DNA of 64,000 nt from a virus. Lineage: Duplodnaviria; Caudoviricetes. Shown in pieces: positions 19,417 through 29,007 of this stretch (position 1 is the first letter of the stretch; every line of letters starts with the position of its first letter). The translations under genes and the position numbers were made by a program. Location of the stretch: IMG/VR virus record IMGVR_UViG_3300022553_000001, positions 3,250-67,249 of that record. One strand, 5' to 3'. The notes below the pieces were generated by a model. That model did not search any database. It was not told the DNA's origin and saw only the letters and a list, made by a program, of their open reading frames with translations.

Positions 19417-20210
19417 TACATTTGCTCCTTGCCAGAATACTCTGGCGCTATAGTTACTGGAATATGTCGTTTTGCTTTTCGTTCCGATAGAACAACTTGT
19501 TCGCTCGGCTTATATACTAAGAACCGGGCATAATTGAAATCCCGCTCTTGGATAATTTCTGAGTGTCCCTTGACCCAATCCACTAATTCTTGTGGATCGT
19601 GATAATAGTATAAATGTTCTTTCCCGTCGATAGCGTTGCCAGCATTCGTCAGGAAGTTCACCGCGACGCATTTACCCAATCGCTCGATTGTCTGGAGCAA
19701 TACCTTTGGATCAGGGACACGCTCTATCACATCGAACGCAAATACTAAGTCCGCTTTATCGCGGTATTCATCGAATGGATAGAACTGTGCATTGATCTCG
19801 TGAAGTTTGAGCCGCCATTCTAGGAACTTGGTGCATTCGCTCGGATAATCGGTGAACGCGACCTTATATCCACTTTCCGCAAATTGGATTCCGTCCGTGC
19901 CTACACCACAACCGAATTCTAATAATGAAGCCGGCGGCGCAAAATTCTCGCGAATGATGCGGCGATAGGGAATTTTCCACTGGTCTTCACCAAACCAGAT
20001 CAAATGATAGAGTAACGTTTGGCTCTCGCGGTAGAATTGCTCAGCAGTTTTGCCACTTTGCAGAAACACGTCAAACTCTTTTTGCACCGTTTCATCGTGC
20101 CCACCCGCCCACTCGGGCTTGAACTCTTCCCCAGTTTCACGTAAATAAGAGTATAAATCTTCTATGCCTGTTGTCACTGTACCTCCACTATCCAACCGTC
20201 TCGCACTCAA
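19416..20210 (-). CDS. class I SAM-dependent methyltransferase
   Basis: LLEFGCGVG motif I, ADLVFAFDVIE. Confidence 0.85.
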   Translation of the reverse strand: MSARRLDSGGTVTTGIEDLYSYLRETGEEFKPEWAGGHDETVQKEFDVFLQSGKTAEQFYRESQTLLYHLIWFGEDQWKIPYRRIIRENFAPPASLLEFGCGVGTDGIQFAESGYKVAFTDYPSECTKFLEWRLKLHEINAQFYPFDEYRDKADLVFAFDVIERVPDPKVLLQTIERLGKCVAVNFLTNAGNAIDGKEHLYYYHDPQELVDWVKGHSEIIQERDFNYARFLVYKPSEQVVLSERKAKRHIPVTIAPEYSGKEQM

Positions 20211-20649
20211 TCACGAAGTCCAAGGGTATCCATACCGTTGTGCTATTTTGACTTGACAAGAACGTCTCCCCGTTCCACCCGCCTCCGCGCGCGAGCCACA
20301 CTTTCATCGCGCTACCGCCCAGAGTATCATCCGCCATAATCGCAGCGCGCAGATCGGGTTCGGCCTGGAATGTTTTGTTCATCGTCTCAACTGAATTCCC
20401 TGTATCACGGATACAACACTTGATGGAAATCGAGTAGTTGACATATTGCGCGTTACCGAACGCAAACTCTTTCGGCGCGAACGCGGGCGCGAAGAGAATG
20501 TAAATACAACCACTCGTCGTTGTATCGAGGCGCCCCCAGTCATCTTTCGTCAGATTGCCTTTCGGCGAACTGGAATCAAAGATACTGGCGCTCTTGGAAA
20601 CGAGCGTTGCTATTAAAGCATCAACGAGAATCGAGCCACTGGTTAGCAT
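20188..20649 (-). CDS. tail terminator/completion-like protein
   Basis: Position after gp10-like gene; LRAAIMADDTLGG motif. Confidence 0.6.
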   Translation of the reverse strand: MLTSGSILVDALIATLVSKSASIFDSSSPKGNLTKDDWGRLDTTTSGCIYILFAPAFAPKEFAFGNAQYVNYSISIKCCIRDTGNSVETMNKTFQAEPDLRAAIMADDTLGGSAMKVWLARGGGWNGETFLSSQNSTTVWIPLDFVIECETVG

Positions 20650-20650
20650 A

Positions 20651-21190
20651 TCATTCCATTGTCTTTGCGACTAAATCCGCGCCGATACGTTTCGCTGTGC
20701 CTTCGACATTACTCTTGAAGCCGCCGTCCTCGATAGTCAAACGAATGAAATCCAATCCAATGCCGTAGGGGGATTGCCATGCGCCGTGTAATCCCTTTTT
20801 AAGGTAACCTTGATTTGTGCCGTAGTAGGCAATTGACCTCTGCACCGCATAACCCAGTTTCTCATCGCCTAATTTCCAGCGCGCCCATTCCTTGAGCGGC
20901 TCGATCGGCGCCCAATGCGGTCGTGTGCCGTAGAAAACATACTTTGCTTCCGGCGCAGTCGGTCCAACTGCAAGGGTCATCTTGGCTACATCGATTTCAC
21001 TGGATACCGAAGCCATCAGATTGCGCTTATATGCAACTGGCTCGAGTTTGCGTTGCATAATGCGCGTAATCTTCACTCCCAATGATCTGAAATTAGATTC
21101 TACAATCTGTGGTGTCCACTTAGGAAACTTGGCGAATTTGCCGGCAAGTTCGGTTGCACCCTGGGTACTGGTCTGGAAGACTACAGGCAC
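20651..21190 (-). CDS. HK97 gp10-like neck/tail completion protein
   Basis: EAKYVFYGTRPHW..LKEWARWK motif. Confidence 0.7.
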   Translation of the reverse strand: MPVVFQTSTQGATELAGKFAKFPKWTPQIVESNFRSLGVKITRIMQRKLEPVAYKRNLMASVSSEIDVAKMTLAVGPTAPEAKYVFYGTRPHWAPIEPLKEWARWKLGDEKLGYAVQRSIAYYGTNQGYLKKGLHGAWQSPYGIGLDFIRLTIEDGGFKSNVEGTAKRIGADLVAKTME

Positions 21191-22395
21191 AATTCACCAA
21201 TCCACTCTGCCACGTTCTCGGTCGCCTTGTTGCTGTAGCGCATCTGATGTAAGAAATCCTCACGCCGCTCTTCCCAGTCTACGCGCCCTGCGAGTACATT
21301 CTCTACCTCTGCTTTTAATGACTCCGGCTCGCACTCCGGGATCGCATCGTGCTGGATAGAGTAACCGGGCATCTGCACAACAACAGAGGGGACATCCATG
21401 CAAGCCGCATCTACCACTGTGTTGCTGGGACCGAGCGCAATCACGCAATCAGCGCACGCGAGCAGCGGCTCAAGATATAATCGCGTCACCAAACATCGGC
21501 AGCCAAACTCCTCTGCCATCTTCATATAGTTCTGCTCGATACCCTGCGCTTCGCCGGGATGAAGTTTTATTACAAGTTGCTCGAATCCCGCTGTCATCAC
21601 ATATCGTAACACAGTCTCAAAGCGCGTGGGATCATCGTGAGCATTGGTAATTTGTCCCCAACTGGACATATACGCTACTACTAGCTTGCTGCTATCGAGT
21701 TTTAGCGCGCGCAGCGCCCAGTCGCGATCTTTGCGGTATTCTGTCCAGCGGTCGAAGAGCGGCGAACCGGTCAAGCGTACCTCGCCCTTGTAACCATTGC
21801 GCCGGTAGAATTGTTCCATATGCGGTGTTGCGGCGAGATAATCACAGATACTTGTCTCGTGGATATCCGGTGAAATCTCGGGCAACGCATAGGGATTTGC
21901 GTGTGAGACGTGCATTGTCGGAACACCGCGCGTCTTTGCCCACTGCGCCAAGCCACCAAAAACCTCGGTCACATCCTCGTGGGTCACCACCATCTTGATT
22001 TTCCGCGCCTCGCGTAGTGTATCTAGCACAGAGAACCGTACTATCTGATTCGCGAAACTTTGATGCACATAACCGGGTAGCCACTGACTTAGATTTTCAC
22101 CTAGTCCATTACACGAGAAGCTATACCACTCTGGCATTTCCTCGATCCGCTCTGCGATAGAGTCTACTGAATCTGCGAATACTTTTGCTGTGAGCGTGGT
22201 CGCCTCATTATATGCCATCATCTGTGCTTGCTGCGAAATGCCGCGCAGAATCGGTATTACGCGCTCGCCGTAGATTTGCGCCTGCGCCTCGGCGGTCTGG
22301 GGGTCAAATACGGCAATGTCCATTTTGCGTTTTAGGAGCAGCGGTGTCAGGGCTTTAGTTGTTACGCCGCCTGAAAGAAGAATCAGTGGATTCAT
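21181..22395 (-). CDS. GT-B glycosyltransferase, CMP-sugar (sialyl/Kdo/capsule) transferase-like
   Basis: HEDV acidic motif, VSHA, TGSPLFD, IKLHPGE (HP motif), SNTVVDAA; probable start ATG 22395 after the stop at 22398. Confidence 0.7.
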   Translation of the reverse strand: MNPLILLSGGVTTKALTPLLLKRKMDIAVFDPQTAEAQAQIYGERVIPILRGISQQAQMMAYNEATTLTAKVFADSVDSIAERIEEMPEWYSFSCNGLGENLSQWLPGYVHQSFANQIVRFSVLDTLREARKIKMVVTHEDVTEVFGGLAQWAKTRGVPTMHVSHANPYALPEISPDIHETSICDYLAATPHMEQFYRRNGYKGEVRLTGSPLFDRWTEYRKDRDWALRALKLDSSKLVVAYMSSWGQITNAHDDPTRFETVLRYVMTAGFEQLVIKLHPGEAQGIEQNYMKMAEEFGCRCLVTRLYLEPLLACADCVIALGPSNTVVDAACMDVPSVVVQMPGYSIQHDAIPECEPESLKAEVENVLAGRVDWEERREDFLHQMRYSNKATENVAEWIGELCL

Positions 22396-22397
22396 TT

Positions 22398-22589
22398 TCA
22401 CTTCTGTGTACGAGATAATTGTGGCATTGGAGAGTCCTGAAAATAAATGGGTATCCGTTGTGTTGTAATTTGTGTTCTTGTCCATTGCCAACAAGCAGTA
22501 CCTTCACAATTACAATGCCTTACCCATTGTTTTCCAGCAGTAAAATATTCTATTGTGTACCAAACTAAATGTGGAATCTCTGCATTCAT
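22398..22589 (-). CDS. small hypothetical protein
   Basis: MNAEIPHLVWYTIEY..; coupled to its neighbours. Confidence 0.45.
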   Translation of the reverse strand: MNAEIPHLVWYTIEYFTAGKQWVRHCNCEGTACWQWTRTQITTQRIPIYFQDSPMPQLSRTQK

Positions 22590-22792
22590 TTTGTTTCCAC
22601 TTTCTGCGCTTTTGTGAGCAAGAGCGCTTCGGTTTTGTTCGCGCAACGATGACAATCTTCTTCAGCCACACACCATTGTTCGCCAAATTTCTCTGCCCAT
22701 CCTGCTTCTAAAGATGCACGAGCTTCCTTAATCGTTCTGATTCTCTTTGTACTTCCGTTTCTATTGCATAAAGATTGTAGAGTTCTGTTCAT
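22586..22792 (-). CDS. small hypothetical protein
   Basis: 68-aa ORF in the chain. Confidence 0.45.
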   Translation of the reverse strand: MNRTLQSLCNRNGSTKRIRTIKEARASLEAGWAEKFGEQWCVAEEDCHRCANKTEALLLTKAQKVETK

Positions 22793-23320
22793 TCATTTAC
22801 CACCAAACCACATCTTATTGAAATCAGTATCCTTGTGCTCGGTATTCTTCCAGGATTCTTCGCTAACATCTTGTCCAACAACCCGAATGTTTCTTGGCGA
22901 AATATCTTTTGCTGATACCACACTAGATTCTGGCATTGAACTATCTCTAAATACCGTTGATCCTTTTGGTAAATAAATTTCCAATATCGAATGCGGTTCA
23001 CCTTCTGAAGTATCTTGAAGCTGTTACTTGATAACCTTGACTTGCTTTAGATTCCCAAGGAATATGCCTTCTACATCATTTGGATATTCGTTTGCACCGC
23101 CTTTCCCAGATTCTCTTGCTAATAAACCTTGCTTTCTAATTGACCCAACATTTGATGTAGGAGTAACATGATAGAGCACTGTTCCCTTGGATAAAGTATA
23201 CGATGGTTGACTACCGCCCCCTCCCCCGCTCCCGCCAACTTCTCCGGGACGTCCGGCATGCTCAAAGTTACCAGAACCCTGACCCCCAAATGATTCTCTA
23301 AGTTTTATTTTCCAAAACAT
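22793..23320 (-). pseudogene. ADP-ribosyltransferase-fold protein with GSGN-HAGRPG linker, split by one in-frame TAA (23024-23026)
   Basis: LYHVT..SIRKQGL..GIFL before the stop; ILEIYLP..D..ISPRNIRV after it, same frame. Confidence 0.6.
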
Positions 23321-24656
23321 TAGCTTTGCTCAAAAGATAACTGTTTAGGCGTTGTGTTATATCGTACTTCATCGGCGCTTTCAAATTCACTCCTCGAAAA
23401 TCTGCTCCAGCAGTCCATCTGTTTGCTGCCACTGTTGCGGCAATCTGAATTTCGTCCAGTACATCGTTTGCCAGTCGCGCCGGCGGTGGCGTCTGTAGAA
23501 GAGTCGCCTGGGCTTTGAGCTGTCGTTCTCTTCGAGTTTTTTCATCGGTTGTCCAATGTACGTAGAACGCCTGTGGTAACTGCGGCATGGCAGCCAATCC
23601 AATTCGTTCATAGGTCTCTACCAATTTGTCCAGATTATTTTCTAACGTCAATCCCCAACCAAACTTGCGCTTTCTCTTTGCATCGCGCTTCAAGAACTCG
23701 ATGTTATCAATCGCCTTAATCAGCGCATCGTGCCATTGTTCCGGCGTGTTCTCGACCACCGCGCCGTGTTCCGCCAGCTCCGCATAGACGTTGCTCTTAC
23801 TCGCAATCCACGGTACACCACAGATCAGATATTCCATTGCCTTAATCCACGAGCGGTGATTGTCGTAACTCTTATATCCCTCGCGCATATCTAGCGGCGC
23901 AATTCCAATGTCGAACGTCTTAACGATGTGCGGCCATTGTTGCGGTGATACGCCGGTTTGTAGTACTAGTTGCTCTTTCGGGATATTGAGCAAATTTGCT
24001 AATCTTGGATCATTGCCACAAATCTTAATCCTGACTTGTGTTCGTTCCTTACAGACCTGTTCCAGTGCTTCTTTGATCCCACTAAATATCCATGAGTCGT
24101 AATGAGAAACCGAGCCGCCCCATCCAATAGTCACTACTCCCGGTTGCAATTTCTGTGGCTGTACGTTCAGATACCAATTACCCTGGGCGTAATTCGGCAC
24201 CCAGTATCCCGGCACTACGTCTTTCCAGTCATCGAGTATAACTTTACTGGGGCTAGTTAGCCCGTCACAATGCCTAAGTCCCTCAGTCAAAAGCGCAACC
24301 GGAGATTCAGACAGCTTTTGCGCGTTCTTGATCCAGAACTCGTGAGCAGGATTACTGTGCGGGAGACTGGGATAATCATCGTCTAAATCCGCCACAACCG
24401 CACGTCGTAAGCCGCGCCAATAATCAATTGCATCTATTATGGATCTATCGATCAGATTCCGCTGTACTACAATCACTTGTGCCGAGCCCACCAGGTCTTG
24501 CACCGCCGGGTTAGAATAGTCAGCGAAACTCTGGATATAAACCAGTTTTGCGGTGTGCTTGCCACTACGATTCAGCACATCTGCGGGGGAAAGGGCGCGC
24601 CACTGACTGCAATTCCACTCCGATTCTCCGTCCGCAAATATTGTACAGATATTCAA
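23298..24656 (-). CDS. glycosyltransferase (GT4-like, GT-B)
   Basis: DLDDDY, IGWGGSVSH, FDIGIAPL..RSWIKAMEY..GVPWIAS. Confidence 0.85.
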   Translation of the reverse strand: MNICTIFADGESEWNCSQWRALSPADVLNRSGKHTAKLVYIQSFADYSNPAVQDLVGSAQVIVVQRNLIDRSIIDAIDYWRGLRRAVVADLDDDYPSLPHSNPAHEFWIKNAQKLSESPVALLTEGLRHCDGLTSPSKVILDDWKDVVPGYWVPNYAQGNWYLNVQPQKLQPGVVTIGWGGSVSHYDSWIFSGIKEALEQVCKERTQVRIKICGNDPRLANLLNIPKEQLVLQTGVSPQQWPHIVKTFDIGIAPLDMREGYKSYDNHRSWIKAMEYLICGVPWIASKSNVYAELAEHGAVVENTPEQWHDALIKAIDNIEFLKRDAKRKRKFGWGLTLENNLDKLVETYERIGLAAMPQLPQAFYVHWTTDEKTRRERQLKAQATLLQTPPPARLANDVLDEIQIAATVAANRWTAGADFRGVNLKAPMKYDITQRLNSYLLSKANVLENKT

Positions 24657-24675
24657 CGTTGCCCCCTATCCTTTC

Positions 24676-25209
24676 TTACTGCCTCACCTCGATGTCATTA
24701 CTCTGATCTTTCTCCTTGTGCGTTGGTGCACGCGGATTCTTGAATTGATCCTTGCTAAACCGCATTGGCTCGCGATCTCCGTCGCTCTGTACAGCAGTCT
24801 TATCGGCCACACTGATCCCGCCCACATAGCCCAGATGTCCATAAGTCAATCCGGCGCGACTCAGATCGCTTGCCAATAATAACTTAATTCCATCGTCAAA
24901 GTCTTTTTGGAAAACTTGACCCCGCGTGCGTTCGCCCGGTGCAAGACGGACATTGGTGCGCGCTTTCTCTGCGCGCGCGACCGCATAGTATGTATTCAGA
25001 TCACCGAGTTGACCATAGATATTACAAGCACTATTGGCGGGCGGAGTGTAACCCTTGGTTGCCAGGACAGTGTCAATTTGATTCGCGCCCTGAGCAATCC
25101 AATTATTCACCTGGCTCTGGGTAGGAGTGGTGCTTGCAGAAAAGTCGCTTGCATTTTGTGTCAGGTTCGAGCAATATGCTGCAACACTAGATGAAGTTGT
25201 ATATGCCAT
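24676..25209 (-). CDS. head-tail adaptor protein
   Basis: MAYTTSSSVAAY..QIDTVLATKGYTPP; position after the capsid block. Confidence 0.7.
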   Translation of the reverse strand: MAYTTSSSVAAYCSNLTQNASDFSASTTPTQSQVNNWIAQGANQIDTVLATKGYTPPANSACNIYGQLGDLNTYYAVARAEKARTNVRLAPGERTRGQVFQKDFDDGIKLLLASDLSRAGLTYGHLGYVGGISVADKTAVQSDGDREPMRFSKDQFKNPRAPTHKEKDQSNDIEVRQ

Positions 25210-25210
25210 T

Positions 25211-25418
25211 TTATTTTATCATCAATACGGATGGTTTCGCGACACTGCGTACATAACCCAAATCACACTGTTGCTGAACATCCTTCGCGTGCTGGGCAAT
25301 GAGTTCGTTCGCCACCCGCGCGCGCATCTGTGCTTGTGTCTCGGCATAGCCGGGCGCAAACGCAATCAGCGTAGCGACCACGCGGCAGAAACGCAAGGAA
25401 CAAAATGTGCTTTTTCAT
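25211..25418 (-). pseudogene. frameshifted, truncated paralog of the exported protein at 18916-19416
   Basis: GGGAGG SD plus MKKHILFLAFL, continuing in another frame as VVATLIAFAPGYAETQAQMRARVANELIAQ (vs AETVPQMRARIISELKAQ). Confidence 0.55.
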
Positions 25419-25537
25419 TGTGCCTCCCTATTTTCTTAGAATCTCTTTCATCCACTCATCGCCGCGCTTTGCCGCCTGGCACAACGCGAATGTGAACAAG
25501 TAGCAAACAGCAACGAGAACGATCAGTCCAGTCCAAA

Positions 25538-25774
25538 TCATTTTGCCACCTCTTTCATCCTTCCGCCTTCATCCTTCATCCTTATTTTTATCACCACCTC
25601 CACCCGCCCCGCGCTCAGCCAGCGCAGCAGCCACAGCCGCAGGCGCGAGGCGCGGATGATCTGCACATCGCCGTAAACGGTGCAGCCACGGCGAGCGAGC
25701 AGCGCGGAGACGGCGGAAACGCAGGAGGTGACGGTCTGTTCGGGAGTTGGTTGTAATGCTGGTTTGTGTTTCAA
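25538..25774 (-). CDS. hypothetical protein
   Basis: 78-aa ORF coupled to the fibre gene. Confidence 0.45.
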   Translation of the reverse strand: MKHKPALQPTPEQTVTSCVSAVSALLARRGCTVYGDVQIIRASRLRLWLLRWLSAGRVEVVIKIRMKDEGGRMKEVAK

Positions 25775-26697
25775 TTCCTTACCTCCAGTTTCGCCATTCG
25801 GTTATCCAATTCCTTAATTGCTTCGACAAGGATTGGCGTCATCATACCGAAATCAATCCCCTTGGCGTCTTTAATTTCGTCATCCAGCGGCCACGTGTGA
25901 ATCACTTCAGGAAACACCTTCTCCACCTCCTGCGCGATAAAACCCAGGTAGGGTTTGTTGAGTTTGTAACCATTCAATCGGTCGTTGATTCGCTTGTTCC
26001 ATTCAAAGTTCACACCGACAATCCGCCGCAAGCCCGCCATTGCATTTTGAATGGGTTTTACCTTCCGCTTGAATCGTTTATCAGATGTCGTGGGAAACGA
26101 AGTAGCATGACAAGCCCCATTCACCTGTAGCGGACTGTCCGGTCCCGTCGTCCCAATGCCGACGTTGCCGGAACTATCTATAGTTACTTTATCCCCACCG
26201 CCTAACGCTGCCTGGTAAGACCATTTGAACTTGTCGCTATCCGAGTTATCCACTCCCATTACCCAGCTGACATTTGATACAAATTGAATAACCGGGTCAC
26301 CGCCGATCGCACCGCCGGTTTGTATCGTCAACACAGCGCGTGATAGACCATCGGTGTTGTCGGTGTTGTACACGCGCGCGGTCAAGTCACTTCCTACAGA
26401 TGCGGCGGATACGCTCAGCGCCGCCAGCGTCAGCAGCCCCGCGCTGTTCGTCGCGAGGATCGCCGCCGCCGCGCCGGGGTTGGAACTGGCTCCGTGTGCA
26501 GTGGCAGTTAGTCCGAGATGCGTGTCCACTTGCGCGTGCGTGTTCGTGCCGATATTGGTTACTTTGGTATGATCAATTGCGGTTAAGTTCTTGAGTTGAA
26601 TCTTATTTGTTGTGCCCCCAGATACAATAGGCAATACATCCGAACTAGCCGAGGTTGTAACTTCACTTAACTGCGAAATTTTCAGATCTGCCATCAA
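25771..26697 (-). CDS. fibre protein with C-terminal intramolecular chaperone (peptidase S74)
   Basis: MADLKISQL N-terminus; GNVGIGTTGP repeat; TSDKRFK..GFIAQEVEKVFPE..EAIKEL. Confidence 0.88.
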   Translation of the reverse strand: MMADLKISQLSEVTTSASSDVLPIVSGGTTNKIQLKNLTAIDHTKVTNIGTNTHAQVDTHLGLTATAHGASSNPGAAAAILATNSAGLLTLAALSVSAASVGSDLTARVYNTDNTDGLSRAVLTIQTGGAIGGDPVIQFVSNVSWVMGVDNSDSDKFKWSYQAALGGGDKVTIDSSGNVGIGTTGPDSPLQVNGACHATSFPTTSDKRFKRKVKPIQNAMAGLRRIVGVNFEWNKRINDRLNGYKLNKPYLGFIAQEVEKVFPEVIHTWPLDDEIKDAKGIDFGMMTPILVEAIKELDNRMAKLEVRN

Positions 26698-27176
26698 TAT
26701 TCTCCAGTCAGAAAAGCCCCGCTCTCAGTCAATATACAATCACCGGTTTCCTGCAACAGGTGATAGCGATAGGTCGTACTCATAGAGCCAGAAGAAAGTT
26801 CAAAGGAAGCCCGTGCCGCAACAATTGAATTTACTACTATTCTAGTCTCCGCGCTAGCCATCCGCATCGAGGCACAGTAATTGATGCCACTAATCCCCTG
26901 GGGCGCAAACCGCACAAGTCCTTGTCGTTTGCGCATTTGGTTAAAAATATCAAGGTTCAATCCGGTTGCGTTATTTGCCCATCCTTCATAAGATATTTTT
27001 GCGTCACTGATTCCACTTGCTGAACGAGCAATGTATTCATCTGCGAATATAGAAACTTCTGGATTAATAACGCTCTCGGATAGTATAATATTGTTGCCAT
27101 CTGCGCTTAAATCCGCGCTTGCTCCAGTAGCATCCTCAAAATAAAACAGCGCATTCTTGCCATGGATTTGCCCCAC
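26694..27176 (-). CDS. tail-tube-like paralog 1 with C-terminal fibre-adaptor-like extension
   Basis: IHGKNA..ADGNN..ESVINPE..SG..DAKISYEGWA plus LLQETGDCILTESG tail. Confidence 0.7.
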   Translation of the reverse strand: MGQIHGKNALFYFEDATGASADLSADGNNIILSESVINPEVSIFADEYIARSASGISDAKISYEGWANNATGLNLDIFNQMRKRQGLVRFAPQGISGINYCASMRMASAETRIVVNSIVAARASFELSSGSMSTTYRYHLLQETGDCILTESGAFLTGEY

Positions 27177-27186
27177 AGGATATTTC

Positions 27187-27477
27187 CTACTTATCCCACG
27201 CCGTCATCGCACTTGCGCCCGCGCCGCTTGCTGCTACGCCTAGTTGACACGACGCGAGGATCGGCGCAAAGAATGACAGCCCTTCGCTTTTGCCGTCGCT
27301 TGCGGACAAACGCCAAAGTACCGTGCCTGTATCAATAGACGAGCCACTAAACCAAATTGCATACGCGGTTGCCGCGCAGGTTGTGAGTCCAATAGCGGTA
27401 AGATATGCAGGCGATGCGCAAAGAATTGCACTGCCCACAGTAACAACGCACGAGGGAGAAGTTAGGTATCGTTTCAT
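27187..27477 (-). CDS. hypothetical virion-module protein
   Basis: 96-aa Ala/Ser-rich ORF in the operon. Confidence 0.55.
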   Translation of the reverse strand: MKRYLTSPSCVVTVGSAILCASPAYLTAIGLTTCAATAYAIWFSGSSIDTGTVLWRLSASDGKSEGLSFFAPILASCQLGVAASGAGASAMTAWDK

Positions 27478-27480
27478 AGA

Positions 27481-28104
27481 TTATTCCTTATGGTGATTTA
27501 GTCGCGCTTCAATGCACGCGGTAGCTTTATCGTTAGATGCAATGCCAAGATATTCTGTGATCTGCTCAATCGCTGCCTGCGGATTTTGCAACATGGTTTC
27601 ATATTGCAGTTTCAACGGTTCTAGTCCGCGCATCTGGAGATGCAAACATAAGGTAAGGTACCGGACAAACAACTGTGCATGTTCGGCAGAGCGCAGATTG
27701 GATGGCGGGTAACTCAACAACGACTGGACAACGGACTCTTCGCGTCGCCGAATCCAGATGACCTTCGGCGTATATAGAAAAGGTATAAACTTGAACAGCG
27801 TCAGGCATAACCTTGGGTCTTTCCACCCCCAGTCCCCGTTCTTTTCCTGCCGCTCCCGAATCTTTTCGGATAAATCATATTTTATTTTATTGATCTGCGG
27901 AAGGGAGGGCGGATTCCAGATTGTACCGCCCGCCCCGCCGATTATTCGTTCACTTGCCTTGCACATCTCGTAGTCTTCCCAATAACCGCGCTCGTTGTGC
28001 TCATCCACATTCTTCTCGGCATTCATCTCGACGCCTAGCGTTTGCACAATCTCGGCCACCATGCTCGTGCCCGAACGCGGTAACCCGACGACTACGATCT
28101 GCAT
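27481..28104 (-). CDS. sulfotransferase family protein
   Basis: PAPS-binding VVGLPRSGTS, WGWKDPRL, RRREESVVQSL, LQYETML. Confidence 0.88.
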   Translation of the reverse strand: MQIVVVGLPRSGTSMVAEIVQTLGVEMNAEKNVDEHNERGYWEDYEMCKASERIIGGAGGTIWNPPSLPQINKIKYDLSEKIRERQEKNGDWGWKDPRLCLTLFKFIPFLYTPKVIWIRRREESVVQSLLSYPPSNLRSAEHAQLFVRYLTLCLHLQMRGLEPLKLQYETMLQNPQAAIEQITEYLGIASNDKATACIEARLNHHKE

Positions 28105-28776
28105 TTACATACTCGATGCGCCAAGGCGATCGGCCAGATAACTCAATCGTGCGCCCGCGAAATCTACCAAGTTCCCGGCCGCGCCACAAGCACTGGTCAT
28201 CAACCGGAAGTGCAAAAGCAATAACTGCCCTGCCACGTCAAAACTTGGTAGAAGCGTAGTTAGCGATGGACTGAGTCGACTCCAAGCAGTAGAGGCACTC
28301 AGCGTTGAGGTGGCCATGATCGCTGAGGCGGTTTTCGCCGAGCACGGCCCAGTGATGTAATTCCAGTTCATGCGAATACCCAGACCGCTCGCTTTAGTCA
28401 TGTCGGTATTAGTTATGAGGTCAAAAGTTAGCTTCATTGACCCACCGGGAATTGCTATGTCAGGCGGTGCCCACAGCGCAGTATCAAGGTGCATGTCGCA
28501 CGTCGCGCTTGACGGCGACCAAGTAGGCACATTGAAAAAACCACCGCTTGCGCCCTCGGAGATACCGATATAAAGAGAACCAGTGGTCGCATGACCACAT
28601 GCGCCTACATTGCCCCACCATACACGCGCGGGGAGTGGAATTTCATTCCACACGCGTGCACAGCCGGTCATTGTCTGATAACCACCGGTACTGATATCTG
28701 TATAATTGCTTGCGTCGCTACCCGCACGCACGCCTCCGCGCGCGAGAGTTTTGCGATTTACTCTAAAACCTGCCAT
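28105..28776 (-). CDS. hypothetical structural protein (capsid-associated)
   Basis: AAGGAG SD; Ser/Thr/Ala-rich; follows the capsid gene. Confidence 0.6.
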   Translation of the reverse strand: MAGFRVNRKTLARGGVRAGSDASNYTDISTGGYQTMTGCARVWNEIPLPARVWWGNVGACGHATTGSLYIGISEGASGGFFNVPTWSPSSATCDMHLDTALWAPPDIAIPGGSMKLTFDLITNTDMTKASGLGIRMNWNYITGPCSAKTASAIMATSTLSASTAWSRLSPSLTTLLPSFDVAGQLLLLHFRLMTSACGAAGNLVDFAGARLSYLADRLGASSM

Positions 28777-28786
28777 GATAACTCCT

Positions 28787-29005
28787 TGCCAGGTGCTCCC
28801 TGGCTTACTTTATAAGTATTGTGGTGTTCAGATCGCTCAACTGTGCAATGGCTCGGAGAACAGGCCTTTCGGTCTCCACCCAGCAAGAGGATTCTTGCCC
28901 CTGCCGTTCCTATTGGCATTTTCCAATAGTACTTTACGTCTTAGTGACGGGTCGCCCTCAACGCACTACAATACTTACTCAGTACGAAAAGATAATTGCT
29001 ATCTT
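28787..29005 (-). ncRNA. structured non-coding element downstream of the major capsid gene
   Basis: 10-bp closing stem 28813-28822/28968-28977 enclosing several hairpins; GCCAGG/CCTGGC hairpin next to the downstream SD. Confidence 0.55.
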
Positions 29006-29007
29006 AC

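Noticed and set aside
23024-23026. In-frame TAA as evidence of genome-wide stop-codon reassignment
   Set aside because: Many intact genes end in TAA and coding density is high under the standard code
28787-28810. AGCCAGGGAGCACCTGGC resembles the 3' end of cobalamin riboswitches
   Set aside because: The other conserved B12 elements (GGGAA, GCAACUGU, GGGAAG in order) are absent on that strand; kept as an unclassified RNA
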